DNA of 64,000 nt from the NCBI GenBank assembly GCA_012295275.1, contig CM022669.1:558001-622000 (forward strand), read 5' to 3'. Below, piece by piece: positions 1 through 13,580 of this stretch. The notes under the pieces were generated by a model. It made no database searches. It was given only the letters and a program-made list of their open reading frames with translations, and had not been told where the DNA came from. This DNA comes from Chrysomallon squamiferum. Taxonomy: Eukaryota > Animalia > Mollusca. The translations under genes were made by a program, and so were the position numbers. How positions within the stretch are numbered: position 1 is the stretch's first letter; every line of letters begins with the position of its first letter.

Positions 1-1465
1 TCGTCCTGTGTCGCGCGTCGTGTCGTAATGAAAAACGAGTCTTGCGACGTGAACCTTCATATCACGAGACGTCGTTCTGATAGCAGAGTAATAAGTGACG
101 TCCAAACTTCTTAGACTAGAGGCAAACAAACCCACGTACATGTAGACATATATCTCATATAGACACACACACGCACTCAAAGACACATCAGACATGTATG
201 CGTATTATTTAGAAATCTGTGTATGCAGCGAATAACGTAAAGTTAATAACGTGTGTGATTTGTATTTACTTTCTTTAACAACTGTTCATCTGCAGTTAAC
301 ATAATGAAAACTTATACTGTGCAAATACATAATTTTAGCTACCGTATCCCTCGATTTAACTCGAAACCGCCAAGAACAGAAATTTCAAAATGTATGGACA
401 TTCAAACACACATATATACACACATACACATATAACTTTAAAAACAAAGTATTCGCCCAAAAAAATCCCCGTTTTTGAAATTAAGTGTTTGGGGCCCTCT
501 GGCGTAGTTCAGTAGAGCCTAATCACGTGATCTAGGTCTGTTTTTCATTCTGAATGACAAAACTTTAATCGATGAACGGAGCCTGAAGCTGTACAAGTTT
601 GTGCGACTAAATCGATACTTGCCATCATTAACCTTACAGCACGTTTCTAATCAACAGTCTCAACACGTTAGCTCTCGGAAATACAGCGCCATTGAAAACT
701 AGATGTTTTTAACTATAATCTGACGGCCATTAAATCATTGTTGTAAACTGTCCACGATTTGGTTCCTGCTCGTATTATCTGGTCAGTGCTACTGGGCGTG
801 GATTTGTATTAGCAAAGCTTGTGATAGATTTGTTAAATGATAAAAAGTAACATAACTGTAATGGCTACCTTTTTTGTTAAAAATTTGTATGCATTTAGTA
901 TGCAAGGGATGCTTAAGATATTCAACTGACGCACGGTACATGTTTCTTTATACTTTTAATAAAAAAATTTTTAAAACAAAATTAATAAAAGAATTCATCA
1001 GTTTCTTCATTAAAATTTGAAATTCACTTTCTGTTTTTGATGCTGTGAGATATCTGCGAATATTTTATGTAACCCCCCTCTCACTATCAGTCTATCTATT
1101 TTTTGGTTTATCTTTTCTTTCAGAAATCAATAAAGCATTATGCACAGATGTTGTCTTTTTATTTTTCAATTACAATAATAAAAATAAAATAAAAATGAAA
1201 ATAAAAAAGAAGAAAAAAGAAAGAAGATAAAAACATAATAACACACGCTACCGAATTTTATCCAAATTGACGTATTAAAAAAGTCATCTGGTTCCTATTC
1301 TAGAAAATTAGACTTCACTTATCCCTGTAACCAACTTCCTGGTGATTTTGAACGTCTGCTTTCATTTGAAAGTAAATTATTGCGTAAATTGGAAAAAAGT
1401 GAACTACAGATGGAAGGAGAAAGTTGAAGAGATGTAATTCTGTCTCATTTACCCAGCCTCTGTTT

Positions 1466-4112
1466 GTCCGTCAGATTTACCTGTACGTGTGTGTGTACGT
1501 CCGTCAGATTTACCTGTATGTGTGTGTATGTCCGTCAGATTTACCTGTACGTGTGTGTGTACGTCAGATTTACCTGTACGTGTGTGTGTACGTCCGTCAG
1601 ATTTACCTGTGTGTGTGTGTGTACGTCAGATTTACCTCTATGTGTGTGTGTACGTCCGTCAGATTTACCTGTACGTGTGTGTGTACGTCCGTCAAATTTA
1701 CCTGTGTGTGTGTGTGTGTCCGTCAAATTTACCTGTATGTGTGTCCGTCAGATTTACCTGTATGTGTGTGTACGTTCGTCAGATTTACCTGTACGTGTGT
1801 GTGTGTACGTCCGTCAGATTTACCTGTACGTGTGTGTGTACGTCCGTCAGATTTACCTGTATGTGTGTGTGTACGTCAGATTTACCTGTATGTGTGTGTA
1901 CGTCAGATTTACCTGTATGTGTGTGTGTACGTCCGTCAGATTTACCTGTATGTGTGTGTGTACGTCCGTCAGATTTACCTGTATGTGTGTGTGTACGTCA
2001 GATTTACCTGTATGTGTGTGTGTACGTCGTCCGTTTACGTCAAATTTGTGTACCGTCAGATTTACCTGTATGTGTGTGTGTGTACGTCCGTCAAATTTAC
2101 CTGTATGTCCGTCAGATTTACCTGTGTGTGTGTGTACGTCCGTCAGATTTACCTGTATGTGTGTGTGTATGTCCGTCAGATTTACCTGTGTGTGTGTGTG
2201 TGTACGTCCGTCAGATTTACCTGTGTGTGTGTATGTCCGTCAGATTTACCTGTATGTGTGTACGTCCGTCAGATTTACCTGTACGTCAGATTTACCTGTA
2301 TGTGTGTATGTCCGTCAGATTTACCTGTATGTGTGTGTGTCCGTCAGATTTACCTGTCAGTCAGATTTACCTGTATGTGTGTGTGTCCGTCAGATTTACC
2401 TGTACCGTCAGATTTACCTGTATGTGTGTGTGCGTCCGTCAGATTTACCTGTATGTGTGTATGTCCGTCAGATTTACCTGTATGTGTGTATGTCCGTCAT
2501 GTGCATGTCCGTCAGAATTACCTGTCAGTATGTCCGTCAGATTTACCTGTGTGTGTATGTCCGTCAGATTTACCTGTATGTGTGTATGTCCGTCAGATTT
2601 ACCTGTATGTGTGTATGTCCGTCAGATTTACCTGTATGTGTGTGTACCGTCAGATTTACCTGTATGTGTGTGTGTATGTCCGTCAGATTTACCTGTATGT
2701 GTGTGTCCGTCAGATTTACCTGTATGTGTGTGTGCATGTCCGTCAGATTTACCTGTATGTGTGTGTGCATGTCCGTCAGATTTACCTGTATGTGTGTGCA
2801 TGTCCGTCAGATTTACCTGTATGTGTGTGTATGTCCGTCAGATTTACCTGTATGTGTGTATGTCCGTCAGATTTACCTGTATGTGTGTGTGCATGTCCGT
2901 CAGATTTACCTGTATGTGTGTGTGCATGTCCGTCAGATTTACCTGTGTGTGTGTGTGTCCGTCAGATTTACCTGTGTGTGTATGTCCGTCAGATTTACCT
3001 GTGTGTGTGTATGTCCGTCAGATTTACCTGTATGTGTGTATGTCCGTCAGATTTACCTTGTGTGTGTGTGTATGTCCGTCAGATTTACCTGTATGTGTGT
3101 GTACGTCCGTCAGATTTACCTGTATGTGTGTGTATGTCCGTCAGATTTACCTGTATGTGTGTGTGCATGTCCGTCAGATTTACCTGTGTGTGTGTGTCCG
3201 TCAGATTTACCTGTATGTGTGTGCGTCCGTCAGATTTACCTGTCTGTGTGTATGTCCGTCAGATTTACCTGTATGTGTGTATGTCCGTCAGATTTACCTG
3301 TGTGTGTGTGTCCGTCAGATTTACCTGTATGTGTGTATGTCCGTCAGATTTACCTGTATGTGTGTATGTCCGTCAGATTTACCTGTGTGTGTGTGTGCAT
3401 GTCCGTCAGATTTACCTGTATGTACGTCCGTCAGATTTACCTGTATGTGTGTATGTCCGTCAGATTTACCTGTATGTGTGTGTGCATGTCCGTCAGATTT
3501 ACCTGTGTGTGTATGTCCGTCAGATTTACCTGTATGTGTGTATGTCCGTCAGATTTACCTGTATGTTTATGTCCGTCAGATTTACCTGTATGTGTGTGTG
3601 CATGTCCGTCAGATTTACCTGTATGTGTGTGTGTGTCCGTCAGATTTACCTGTATGTGTGTGTACGTCCGTCAGATTTACCTGTATGTGTGTGTATGTCC
3701 GTCAGATTTACCTGTATGTGTGTGTGCATGTCCGTCAGATTTACCTGTATGTGTGTGTGTATGTCCGTCAGATTTACCTGTATGTGTGTGTCATGTCCGT
3801 TTTACCTGTATGTGTGTGTGTGCATGTCCGTCAGATTTACCTGTATGTATGTCCGTCAGATTTACCTGTATGTTTACCTGTATGTCCGTCAGATTTACCT
3901 GTATGTGTGTGTGCATGTCCGTCACGTCCGTCAGATTTACCTGTATGTGTGTATGTCCGTCAGATTTACCTGTATGTACGTCCGTCAGATTTACCTGTAT
4001 GTGTGTGTGCATGTCCGTCAGATTTACCTGTATGTACGTCCGTCAGATTTACCTGTATGTGTGTGTGTACGTCCGTCAGATTTACCTGTATGTGTGTGTG
4101 TACGTCCGTCAG
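1466..4112. repeat. Minisatellite array: constant core GTCCGTCAGATTTACCTGT plus variable-length (GT)n/AT/AC spacer, unit about 20-36 bp, roughly 85-90 copies
   Basis: Core repeats almost invariantly throughout the interval. Copy number is estimated from array length divided by mean unit length. Confidence 0.97.
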
Positions 4113-5544
4113 TCTAAATAATTAATTCCTCTTTAGTTTTATGTGTCTATATCCAGTCATCCAGCTCTTTACCAGTCTTTATGTCTGTAAACTTATGTAT
4201 GATAGACATCCATACATGAAGAAAAAAATTATATAGTCCTTTCAAATGAGCTATATATTACTAGAAACTCTTATGTACATTAAAAATGTAAATACTATCT
4301 GGTATTTATGATATGTAGGACAGCCATCGACGAAGTGTTAAATTATAAATTCGAAATCGTTTCCAAGGAAAACGTGCAGAAAAACGTTTCGTTTTACAAC
4401 GACTTTCGCGATATTAAAACAGTTTTTATCGTTAAGATTATCTGAAATTTTCATTTAAACAGTAATCTAATTAAATAATTAACTTGATGTTAATAAGAAA
4501 CTAGTAAGAACTGGTAAAAGTTTATATTCTGCCCTCCTCTGATATGTGAGTTACTCAAAAAACGTTTTTTTTTTTTTTTTTTTTTTCAGTTGTGATAGTT
4601 AGATTGTAAAAACAGATTGGTCGTAGTCTGACAATCTTTCTTGTTTCATTCCTGTGTCGTTAAATATTCATTCATCACTGTCTTGTCCTTTCTCTGCTTT
4701 ACATCCAATATATCAAAATCCACCGTAATCCACTGCTTTGTGTAATTAATCATCACTGACATGACTTTTACACTTTTTTCTTTCTTTCTTTTTGTTCACT
4801 GTTTGTAGAGACAAAAAACCATTTACATTTCATAAAGTTATACTTCTACTACTTCAGTTTTGCTTTTACTTACACTACTATTACTAGTAGAAGTAATATT
4901 AGTATTAATACTACTAACTCCACCACACTACTACTACTACTACTACTACTACCATTACTACTATTACAACTACTATTACTGCCAAAACAACAGGTACTAA
5001 TAGTACTACATTTACTACTACTACTACTACTACATCTGCAACAACTACAGCTACTGCTACAGTCATTACAATTATCACTGCTGCTATTGCCACTGCACGA
5101 CTGTTTCACGGCAGTCGCTGTTAACAAGAATAATAAGCAAACAAAGAGATTTTAATTCTGAAAGTTAACCTAAATCTCCGGTTTCCTTGTGGGGCTTTTT
5201 CTCCACTCTTTCCAATACTCAGCCCATTAGCGGCTTATAAAATTAATGTTGTCTTCGGGACAATCAAATTATGAGGCAGTCAATTATTAATGATTTAATT
5301 TTTACCCGACAAAATCGTTGTAACGAAATTTTATTCTTGTTACCCACAATTAATAGTTAACAAAGAAATCTGGTTACGGTTGATTTCATTTCTTTCTGCT
5401 TCTATTGTTTCAATTTGTGTATTACGAACGAAACGTGGTGCGTATGCACTTATGATAGACAAACACATATACATAGCAAAGTGCGTCTCTATCTGTCTCA
5501 GTCTCTCTCTCCCTCTCTTCCTCTGTCGCTCTCTGTCTGGGGTT

Positions 5545-5683
<139 letters not shown>

Positions 5684-6174
5684 TACTCATTCACTCACTC
5701 ACCTAAACACACAAACCTCGTCGATTACTGACTTATTAATTATTTGATGTTTCAGTCGGAGTATTTTATTCTGATACACTTCTCTTACAGCAACATTATC
5801 AGAAATCGGCAGAAACAATAAAGTTCTCACACTCCAAGAAAGGATTTAACTGCTAGCAGTATTATAATTAGATGCTTTCTCGCAAAGCAGGACAGCACGT
5901 CCCACAGTCTAACTCTGTTCTTGGAACAGTAATAGGAAAAAGCGCAGAACATGAAAATATGACGTAAAATTACGTAACACAAAGACGAAATAGAAATTAT
6001 TGTTATTAATCAGAAAAACTAAATAAAAAATAAATTAATAAATTAATTAATTAAAAATTAAATCTGCAAATTAATTATGTATCTTCTATAAAAGAAACAT
6101 CAAAAACATTTAATTTATTTATTTATTTATTTATTTGTTTGTTTGTTTGTTTGTTTGTTTGTTTGTTTGTTTGT

Positions 6175-6217
<43 letters not shown>

Positions 6218-6620
6218 TTCTCTTTATTATTTTATTCGCTTTATTATTTTTTCCATTAAAAAGAAAATCAATCCAAATCTCTGCTTTTTTTGTGGATATT
6301 TTTTTCGCAGACGCAAAACCATGGCAACCTATTCTTTGGACATAACGCTAACGGCTTAACTGCTTTCAGTCTGCCAATTTTCTTCACTTCATTCTTTTCA
6401 TATGTCGGCCATATTTTGTCGGGTGACGAAAAATGACGGAAGTAACCGAATTAACACAAATTAGTTTCCGTCGAGTTGGCAGATGTTTAACGATTACATG
6501 ATAACCATTTCATCTTCGTTCTAGAAAATAATGTTATAAACGAGTACTTCTTGTCTGTTTTTGTTTTGTTTTGTTTTGTGTATTTGTTTCATCTTCTTCT
6601 ACTTCTTCTTCTTCATTATT

Positions 6621-6654
<34 letters not shown>

Positions 6655-6797
6655 CTGACTTTATAGAGAAAGTATAAAGTGTTGTTATTTTGTTTGGAGA
6701 TGCAGTAGTATGGAGATGCAGTATTAAAACAGATACACTAGAATACCTGACATATATATTCAAATACATGATAAAATTCTTTAACAAGTAGAAAACA

Positions 6798-6862
<65 letters not shown>

Positions 6863-7070
6863 TTCACCCAAAAGCCTTTTTTTTTTCTTTCTTTTTTTAC
6901 TGGGGTGTCGTTAAACAAACAAACAAAACTTCAAATCCAACGTAATAAATGTTAATGACGTCATAAAGATTTTGCGTAATAGGTTTTATCATTTGTACTT
7001 TTCTTAATATCTAAGGTGAGCATTGTTTATACTGCAGTAGCTACCATTACTACTTCCACTGCTGCTGCTG

Positions 7071-7117
<47 letters not shown>

Positions 7118-7241
7118 GCTTCTATCTATCAAACCAACAATCATGATTTAACACTGTGTATACAGTCATGAGGTGTTCAGCAAATGACGTCATCTTTTCA
7201 CTTTACTAACACGCCACGCAGGGGCCACTAGGTGTACTTAC

Positions 7242-7350
7242 TGGGCCCGCCGGTCAGGTGCTGGGGCAAACCCTTGGCCTGTCCCACTCCCACCAGAAGC
7301 TGCTCGTCCCGGGGCTCGTAGAGAAGAGACAGCAAGAGATGTCCCAGGTC
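7242..7350 (-). CDS. Internal coding exon of the C2CD4-like gene; start of a second C2 domain (DLGHLLLSLLYEPRDEQLLVGVGQAKGLPQHLTGGP)
   Basis: Minus strand reads ctcgtttcag|GAC CTG GGA CAT...GGG CCC A|gtaagt. The phase-0 acceptor matches the phase-0 donor at 11967. The peptide resembles the C2B beta1-beta2 pattern of synaptotagmin-type proteins (LGELLLSLxYxPxxxxLxVxVxxAxxL). It is a GC-rich island in AT-rich DNA. Confidence 0.82.
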
Positions 7351-7609
7351 CTGAAACGAGCGTCAACACGTGAGTCTCACTGACCAATAAACAACTTACA
7401 GCGGGTGGTTCAAACACGTTACGAAGCAAGGGTGAGTTATTGCAGTGCAAGCAGGGGTTTTGTTAGTCACAGCAGGGTTTGTAGTTATAAACATATAACG
7501 GGATGTAGACATTGAATTATTTTATATATAAACAGGGAATTAAAAGAAGAGATGAACAAGCATTTATGAGTTAATACACATTGAAGCAAGACATGCCGAG
7601 TAAAGTGTC

Positions 7610-7610
<1 letters not shown>

Positions 7611-7696
<86 letters not shown>

Positions 7697-7697
7697 A

Positions 7698-7728
<31 letters not shown>

Positions 7729-7738
7729 CAATTATAAA

Positions 7739-7780
<42 letters not shown>

Positions 7781-7868
7781 CATAATAACAATCAAATAAT
7801 AATGATAATCATAAAAATAATAATAATAAAAAATAATAATAAAAATAATAATGAAGATGATGATGATG

Positions 7869-7905
<37 letters not shown>
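7611..7905. repeat. (AAT)n/(GAT)n trinucleotide microsatellite
   Basis: Directly visible. Confidence 0.95.
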
Positions 7906-7906
<1 letters not shown>

Positions 7907-8196
7907 TGCATATATATTCTACAAAGCAGTTAATGGGTTAAAGGTGAATGAAGGTGACTGGGTAAATGAAACAAACAAGAAACGAAAGTGATTGGTGTAT
8001 GAGAGATTAGTAGATCAAACACAGGGACTGATCAATGAAATACTAAACGAAGGGTTAACTAAAAATCTAATACAAGGTGAGAATGCATGCGAGTAGTGAC
8101 CCAGAATTTCTGAGAAACGTGAATAACACATCGGTTAAAAATTACATCATAAATTGTTAAAATATATAAGTAACAGCCGTCAAAGCATTGAACAAC

Positions 8197-8365
<169 letters not shown>

Positions 8366-9357
8366 TCTGTGGTCAGATGAAGGAAACTTTAACAAGGAAA
8401 GGGTAAACGTCTATTGTTACAACAAAACTGGCAAACAACTACCTTAAATTTAAAGTATAAAAATGTAAAAATAAAAAAATAAAATAAAATAAAAAAAAAA
8501 TAAACTTAAAAATAAAAATAAAATAATATAAAATAATATAAAATAAAATAAGAATAAAAATAAATAAACAAACAAATAAAGAAAGAAAGAAAGAAAGAAA
8601 TAACATTAACATACAAAATTAAACATACATGTAAGAAGGTTTGCAATAAAAACGTATTTACAGATAAAAACTAAATATAACAAATACAGCGGTCTTTCGC
8701 GTTAAACTTCCACGTATGAACATTTTAATTATGTAATTATATATCTGTAATATATTCTTCTCTGTAATGTAATCCTACATTTTATGAGAATAAAGTCATT
8801 GTCATTGTTATCGATTCATACAGTGATTATGTGTCTACTTGTCAGCACTACAGTAAATTATGTATGACACCCACACACAAAGGTGTAAATATTAAAACTC
8901 ATCAGCAACGTATTAAGTATACTTATTATATTTTATACTTAATATCGTTACGTGTTCTCAGAACTAAGTTTAAACAGTCAGTTCAAAATAAGAAGTAAGC
9001 TAATATGGATTATATTAAATCTTTAGTAAGGGGATAAGAGATTGGTGTAAACCCGATCACTGATTTTAATTTGAATTTTGAATTCTTTTTTTTTAATAAA
9101 TTAATAAAATATTAATTGGAAATTTATATAAAACGATTAATCGAAGAAATTAGGATTCTCACTTAAATACAACTCTAAAACGAGTACACACGTACTATGT
9201 ATTGTAATAATAATAACGACAACAATAACAATAACAACAACAACAATAATAACTGCATGTTATCTATACAATCATCTAGATTCGATAAATTTTTTTTTTT
9301 TAAATTAAATAATGAATTTATTCTAGTTTATTTTATTTCTAATTTGTTGGTGTGTGC

Positions 9358-9389
<32 letters not shown>

Positions 9390-9575
9390 TCTCGGTGTGA
9401 TGCATGTTGTAAAGGAAATGACATTATTCATCGTTGAATGAAGTACAAGCCAGGAACTGCACAGTTTTGGTAGAACACAATCTACCAGATAATTTACTTT
9501 CTTCAGGCTGTAATATTAAATGTTTTATTACCAATATTCTTTACTACTGATACTGCACTGTTGCTACTACTACTG

Positions 9576-9644
<69 letters not shown>

Positions 9645-10010
9645 TTGTTATTATTACTATTATTATCATTATTAATTTTTGATTATTATTATTTCTTTAT
9701 TTTATTTCATTTCATTTATTTATTTATTTATTTTTTTAATTTACTTTTTACAAATATCAAGAACACAGGTCACTAGCTTTATCTAACCGATTTTTTTTTT
9801 TTTTAATTTTTTAAATTTTTATTTTTTTTGATGAACGAAGGAAAGAAATAATAAAAAATAAAAAATAAAGAATGAAAACAAAGAAGACATTATTCCATTT
9901 TAGTATGACACTAAGAAAGTAAAATCCTCACACATTCCCTGGCGTCTTTTCGTAATCTGAGACAAGTTGAGTTTAGGCGTCAATGTGTTTTCATTACTAA
10001 CAATGAGTAA

Positions 10011-10057
<47 letters not shown>

Positions 10058-11126
10058 ATCAAATTAAATCAAATTAAAAGATTTCATTGTCAATTCGAAA
10101 ATTAACGATGTAACGTTACATAAGTTCGGTAAATCTAGCTTCGGTGAAGATGTGCTCTTAAAATGTCTCCCTGAAATGTCGTTATTAGTACCATTATCTT
10201 TTCTTATCTTATGTTATCTTGTTTATTTAAATCAGATATAGTGTGGTTGTTATTTAAAACGTCAGATATCGAATTGAACTCCAAGAAGTGAAATGACATC
10301 GTTGATATTTAAACCGACAGAAATGGGAACTATTTTGTGTATGAGCAGAGGGGTTTTTTTCCTTTTTTTTTTTTTTTACTTTTCTCTTTTATCTGCTTTT
10401 CTCACTTCGACCTGTGATCGCATTAGCAGAGATGTTTGTCGGAAATAAAAAGCCATCTGTTTTTTCTAAATAATAACACATGTAGGAGATTTATTGATTT
10501 CGGTGCTTTCAATTCTATGGCGGAAAAAGAAAACAGCAAATGCAAAATGTCGGATTAATTTATTTGTAGAAGAAAGGTGTTATCGCGATTTTTCCTAACT
10601 TAATTTTTTTCTCTTCAGAAGACACTACTGACACATATACGCATCTGACAGAGATTAAATGTTTCCTATCGATCGCCAGTTTTAGTCTGATATAAGTGGA
10701 TCCTCAGCGAAATGTATAATTATCTTGATTTATTCCATCTTACTGAGTATTTTAGTAAAAATGTTATGTTATGCTACGTTCAAAACGGCTAGGACAGAAC
10801 AAAATTACAATCAGCGACATGAAACTGCAGAAAGAATTAAAAAAAATATCATAAAAGAATGAAGATTAAAACACGACAAAACAACAGAAATACACTGTGC
10901 AAACAGAAAAGCACAGCAGCTATGTTTTTGTGAACATACACGGACACGAGGACTCACAGACACATTGGAAGATACACAAACTGAAAAACAAACTATTTTT
11001 GCTACAAAACCTTGACATGACAAGAAAACAATCCGAATAAACACGAAATTCAATATTTTGTAAATCATATTAACAATAGTCGAAAAGAATAAACAAATAA
11101 AAACCTATACAAAAAAAAAAAAAAAA

Positions 11127-11158
<32 letters not shown>

Positions 11159-11967
11159 CCTGCTGTCAAGAGAATCTAAAGTACGTAGTGGGGAAAAAAC
11201 AACAACAAGCAAACAAACAACTTGTTTACGTTTTCATATCTTTTATAAATGCCATTATTTTCAGTAAGCTAATAGAACGAGTGTTTTATGTTGGCTGTGA
11301 GTGAGAAAAATAGAAAAAAACAATGTCATTAACCTGGTACGACGACAACTTTGAAAAAGCAATCGCGACTGTTAACGAGAAAGACAATCCTAATTGATTT
11401 TAGTGACCTGAAAACTGTGTTTTCCATTAACTTAGTAAGCTGCCTGTATCTAGGTCTTGTCGGATAAACAGAAGTTTATTTGATTTCACAGACAGGCTAG
11501 AAATCAGTTCTTCCGAGAGTAACAGATACGAAGAACATTCTCTGTGCGTTCCTTATTGACAATTTACCAAAAATATTTGCCTTTATGATTTTTGCTTACA
11601 TGTTTATATCTTTATATGTGTCTGCGCGTCAGTTTGTATGTATGTGAATACCGTTCTTCCTTTCTCTAAGTGTTTGTACAAGCAGAGAACAAAACAAATC
11701 TACTGCTTTCTGATTAATTAAATTAATTAAATTAAATAAATGATGTAAATTATATATTTCAAATAATTGATCACAAGTATATTTATAAATAAATAATTAA
11801 AAAAAAATAGATATATAATATAATATATATAATATACTGTAATATAATATAATATAACATAATATAACATAATATAACATAATATAATATAATATGCACA
11901 TGCTTAAGCAGGTATTCTCAAAAATGCAGACACTTATATAAAAGTTGAAAAGCAGTAGCATACTAAC

Positions 11968-13425
11968 CTCTGTTTCTTTGTTCGGCTCTAGCGCTCTCCA
12001 CATTCGAATTTCCTGGAAGAGGTCAAACTTAGCAAGGTCAATATTAACCTCCCCCAGGGTCTCGGTAATCACGTGAGTTTTACTGCACAGCTTAATCCGG
12101 AGACACATTTTCTGCAGTTTCTCGAAGGGCACGTCACTGAAGAGAAAGGATTCGTTGAACACTGGAGACTTGGTGTGTTTAACAATCTCTGACGTCTGCT
12201 TCTGAACCTTGCCTGGCATCAGACACACCTTGGCAAACACATTCATGTTGTTATCTCTGCTCTCGCCTCCCAGATTCTCAGCCTTAATGAGAAGAACCTT
12301 CAGATCTCGAGTGTCTGGCAGGTAGTGGAAAGAGAATTTGAGTTCTCCTAAAGGAGCCTCGGCCAGAGGCTGGGAATTGGGTACAACAAGATGGTTCATC
12401 GAGGAGAATCTCCTCTGAATGTCCTCAAGAGGAATCTCTCTCGTAGGACTAGGATTAGGAGAGGAGTGTCTCTTGTATGTGGTAGGATTCACTCGAAGTC
12501 GGTTTCTGTCTCTTCTTCCAAAGGCTGGACTAGACTCCAGTGAATTGCTCGTGTGTTCTGGGGAGTCGTTTTTCCACACGGGAAGCGGCTGCAGACCTGG
12601 AAGAGAAGATCTTCGCCTGTAATACTTCTGAGTTCGTCTGCTGTTGCCTTTGAGCGGCAGATCGTCCTCTTTGGGACACACGAGACTGACGGTGGAGAGT
12701 CTGTTCGCTGGAAGTCTGGCACATGAAGGTACGTCATTGGGATGGAGAGAACCTGATGATCTTCGACCGTCTGGAAAGTCCAAACTGTCTGTTTTGTATT
12801 TCAGTCTCAGCTCTGTGATTGCAGCGTGGTGAATGTCGTTCTGCGTGTTTCCTTTGTTCACAGCGTGAAACAACGACTCCTTTCTTCTCGTGTGCGGACT
12901 TTCTGACAACGTGGTGAACCCAAACGACGTCTGAACTTTAAAGTGGGGTAATCCTATAGCAGCTACAGACTGAGGATCGGCGTTCGTGTCGTCGCCGTCC
13001 AGGTTGATGATGTTCGACCAGGATCTCGCTTGATTGTATGATCGGCCGTTAAACTCAGACGGTTCGTGACCGGGAGACACCGGACATGACCGAACATGAA
13101 TCGGACTTTTCCGGATATGGACGCCCAAACCAGAGAATGATCCTCTGGGAGACACGCCAGGGCTGGTGTGGGCGGAACAAGGCAAACTGGCTTCACTTGA
13201 GTTGTTGCTAGCCATGTCGCCGTCGAATGAACACGTTCCGATGCTTGCATGCCGCGACGAGTCGTTAGAACCGGGAATGACGAATTCCGGAATGTTCCGG
13301 GGAGTGACGACTGAACAGAAGGACTGAGTCTCCGAGGACTGCGAGTTGTGGCTGTAGTGCACGTTGATGTTTGGTATTTTACACTTGGTCAGCAGCCACT
13401 CCTTCACTTCCTTTATAGACTCCAT
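11968..13425 (-). CDS. C2CD4C: C2 calcium-dependent domain-containing protein 4 (C2CD4C-like), large first coding exon with N-terminal low-complexity region and first C2 domain
   Basis: Family motifs VVTPRNIPEFVIP and TNADPQSVAAIGLPH...SFGFTTLSESPHTRRKESLFH, followed by a C2 domain (LGELKFSFHYLPDTRDLKVLLIKAENL...PVFNESFLF...LGEVNIDL). Acceptor cttttccag precedes 13481 and the first in-frame ATG is at 13425 (MESIKEV). The donor GAG|gttagt lies at 11968/11967, so the ORF-track tail to 11797 is intronic. The symbol denotes family-level homology. Confidence 0.88.
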
Positions 13426-13544
13426 CTTTGTTTTTAATTTCTCTAAGTCTCCGTACAAGTAGTTGAACAAAACAAATACATCTGGAAAAGAAAACTATTA
13501 TTATTATTATTGATATTACTACAACAACAACAACAACAACAACA

Positions 13545-13580
<36 letters not shown>

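Noticed and set aside
491-540. tRNA A-box-like string TGGCGTAGTTCAGTAGAGC (possible tRNA or SINE head)
   Set aside because: No B-box or cloverleaf is discernible downstream.
1466-4112. CRISPR-like repeat-spacer appearance
   Set aside because: The spacers are (GT)n microsatellite rather than unique sequence, the context is eukaryotic, and there are no cas genes or leader.
1424-4125. Three overlapping ORFs of about 880-900 aa rich in Cys/Val, one in each plus-strand frame
   Set aside because: The repeat unit contains no plus-strand stop triplet and unit lengths are not multiples of three. All frames give the same shuffled peptides, so this is a satellite artefact.
11797-11967. Hydrophobic C-terminal tail of the 557-aa ORF, suggesting a transmembrane anchor
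   Set aside because: It follows a good splice donor (GAG|gttagt) and is translated (ATATA/ACATA)n low-complexity intron sequence.
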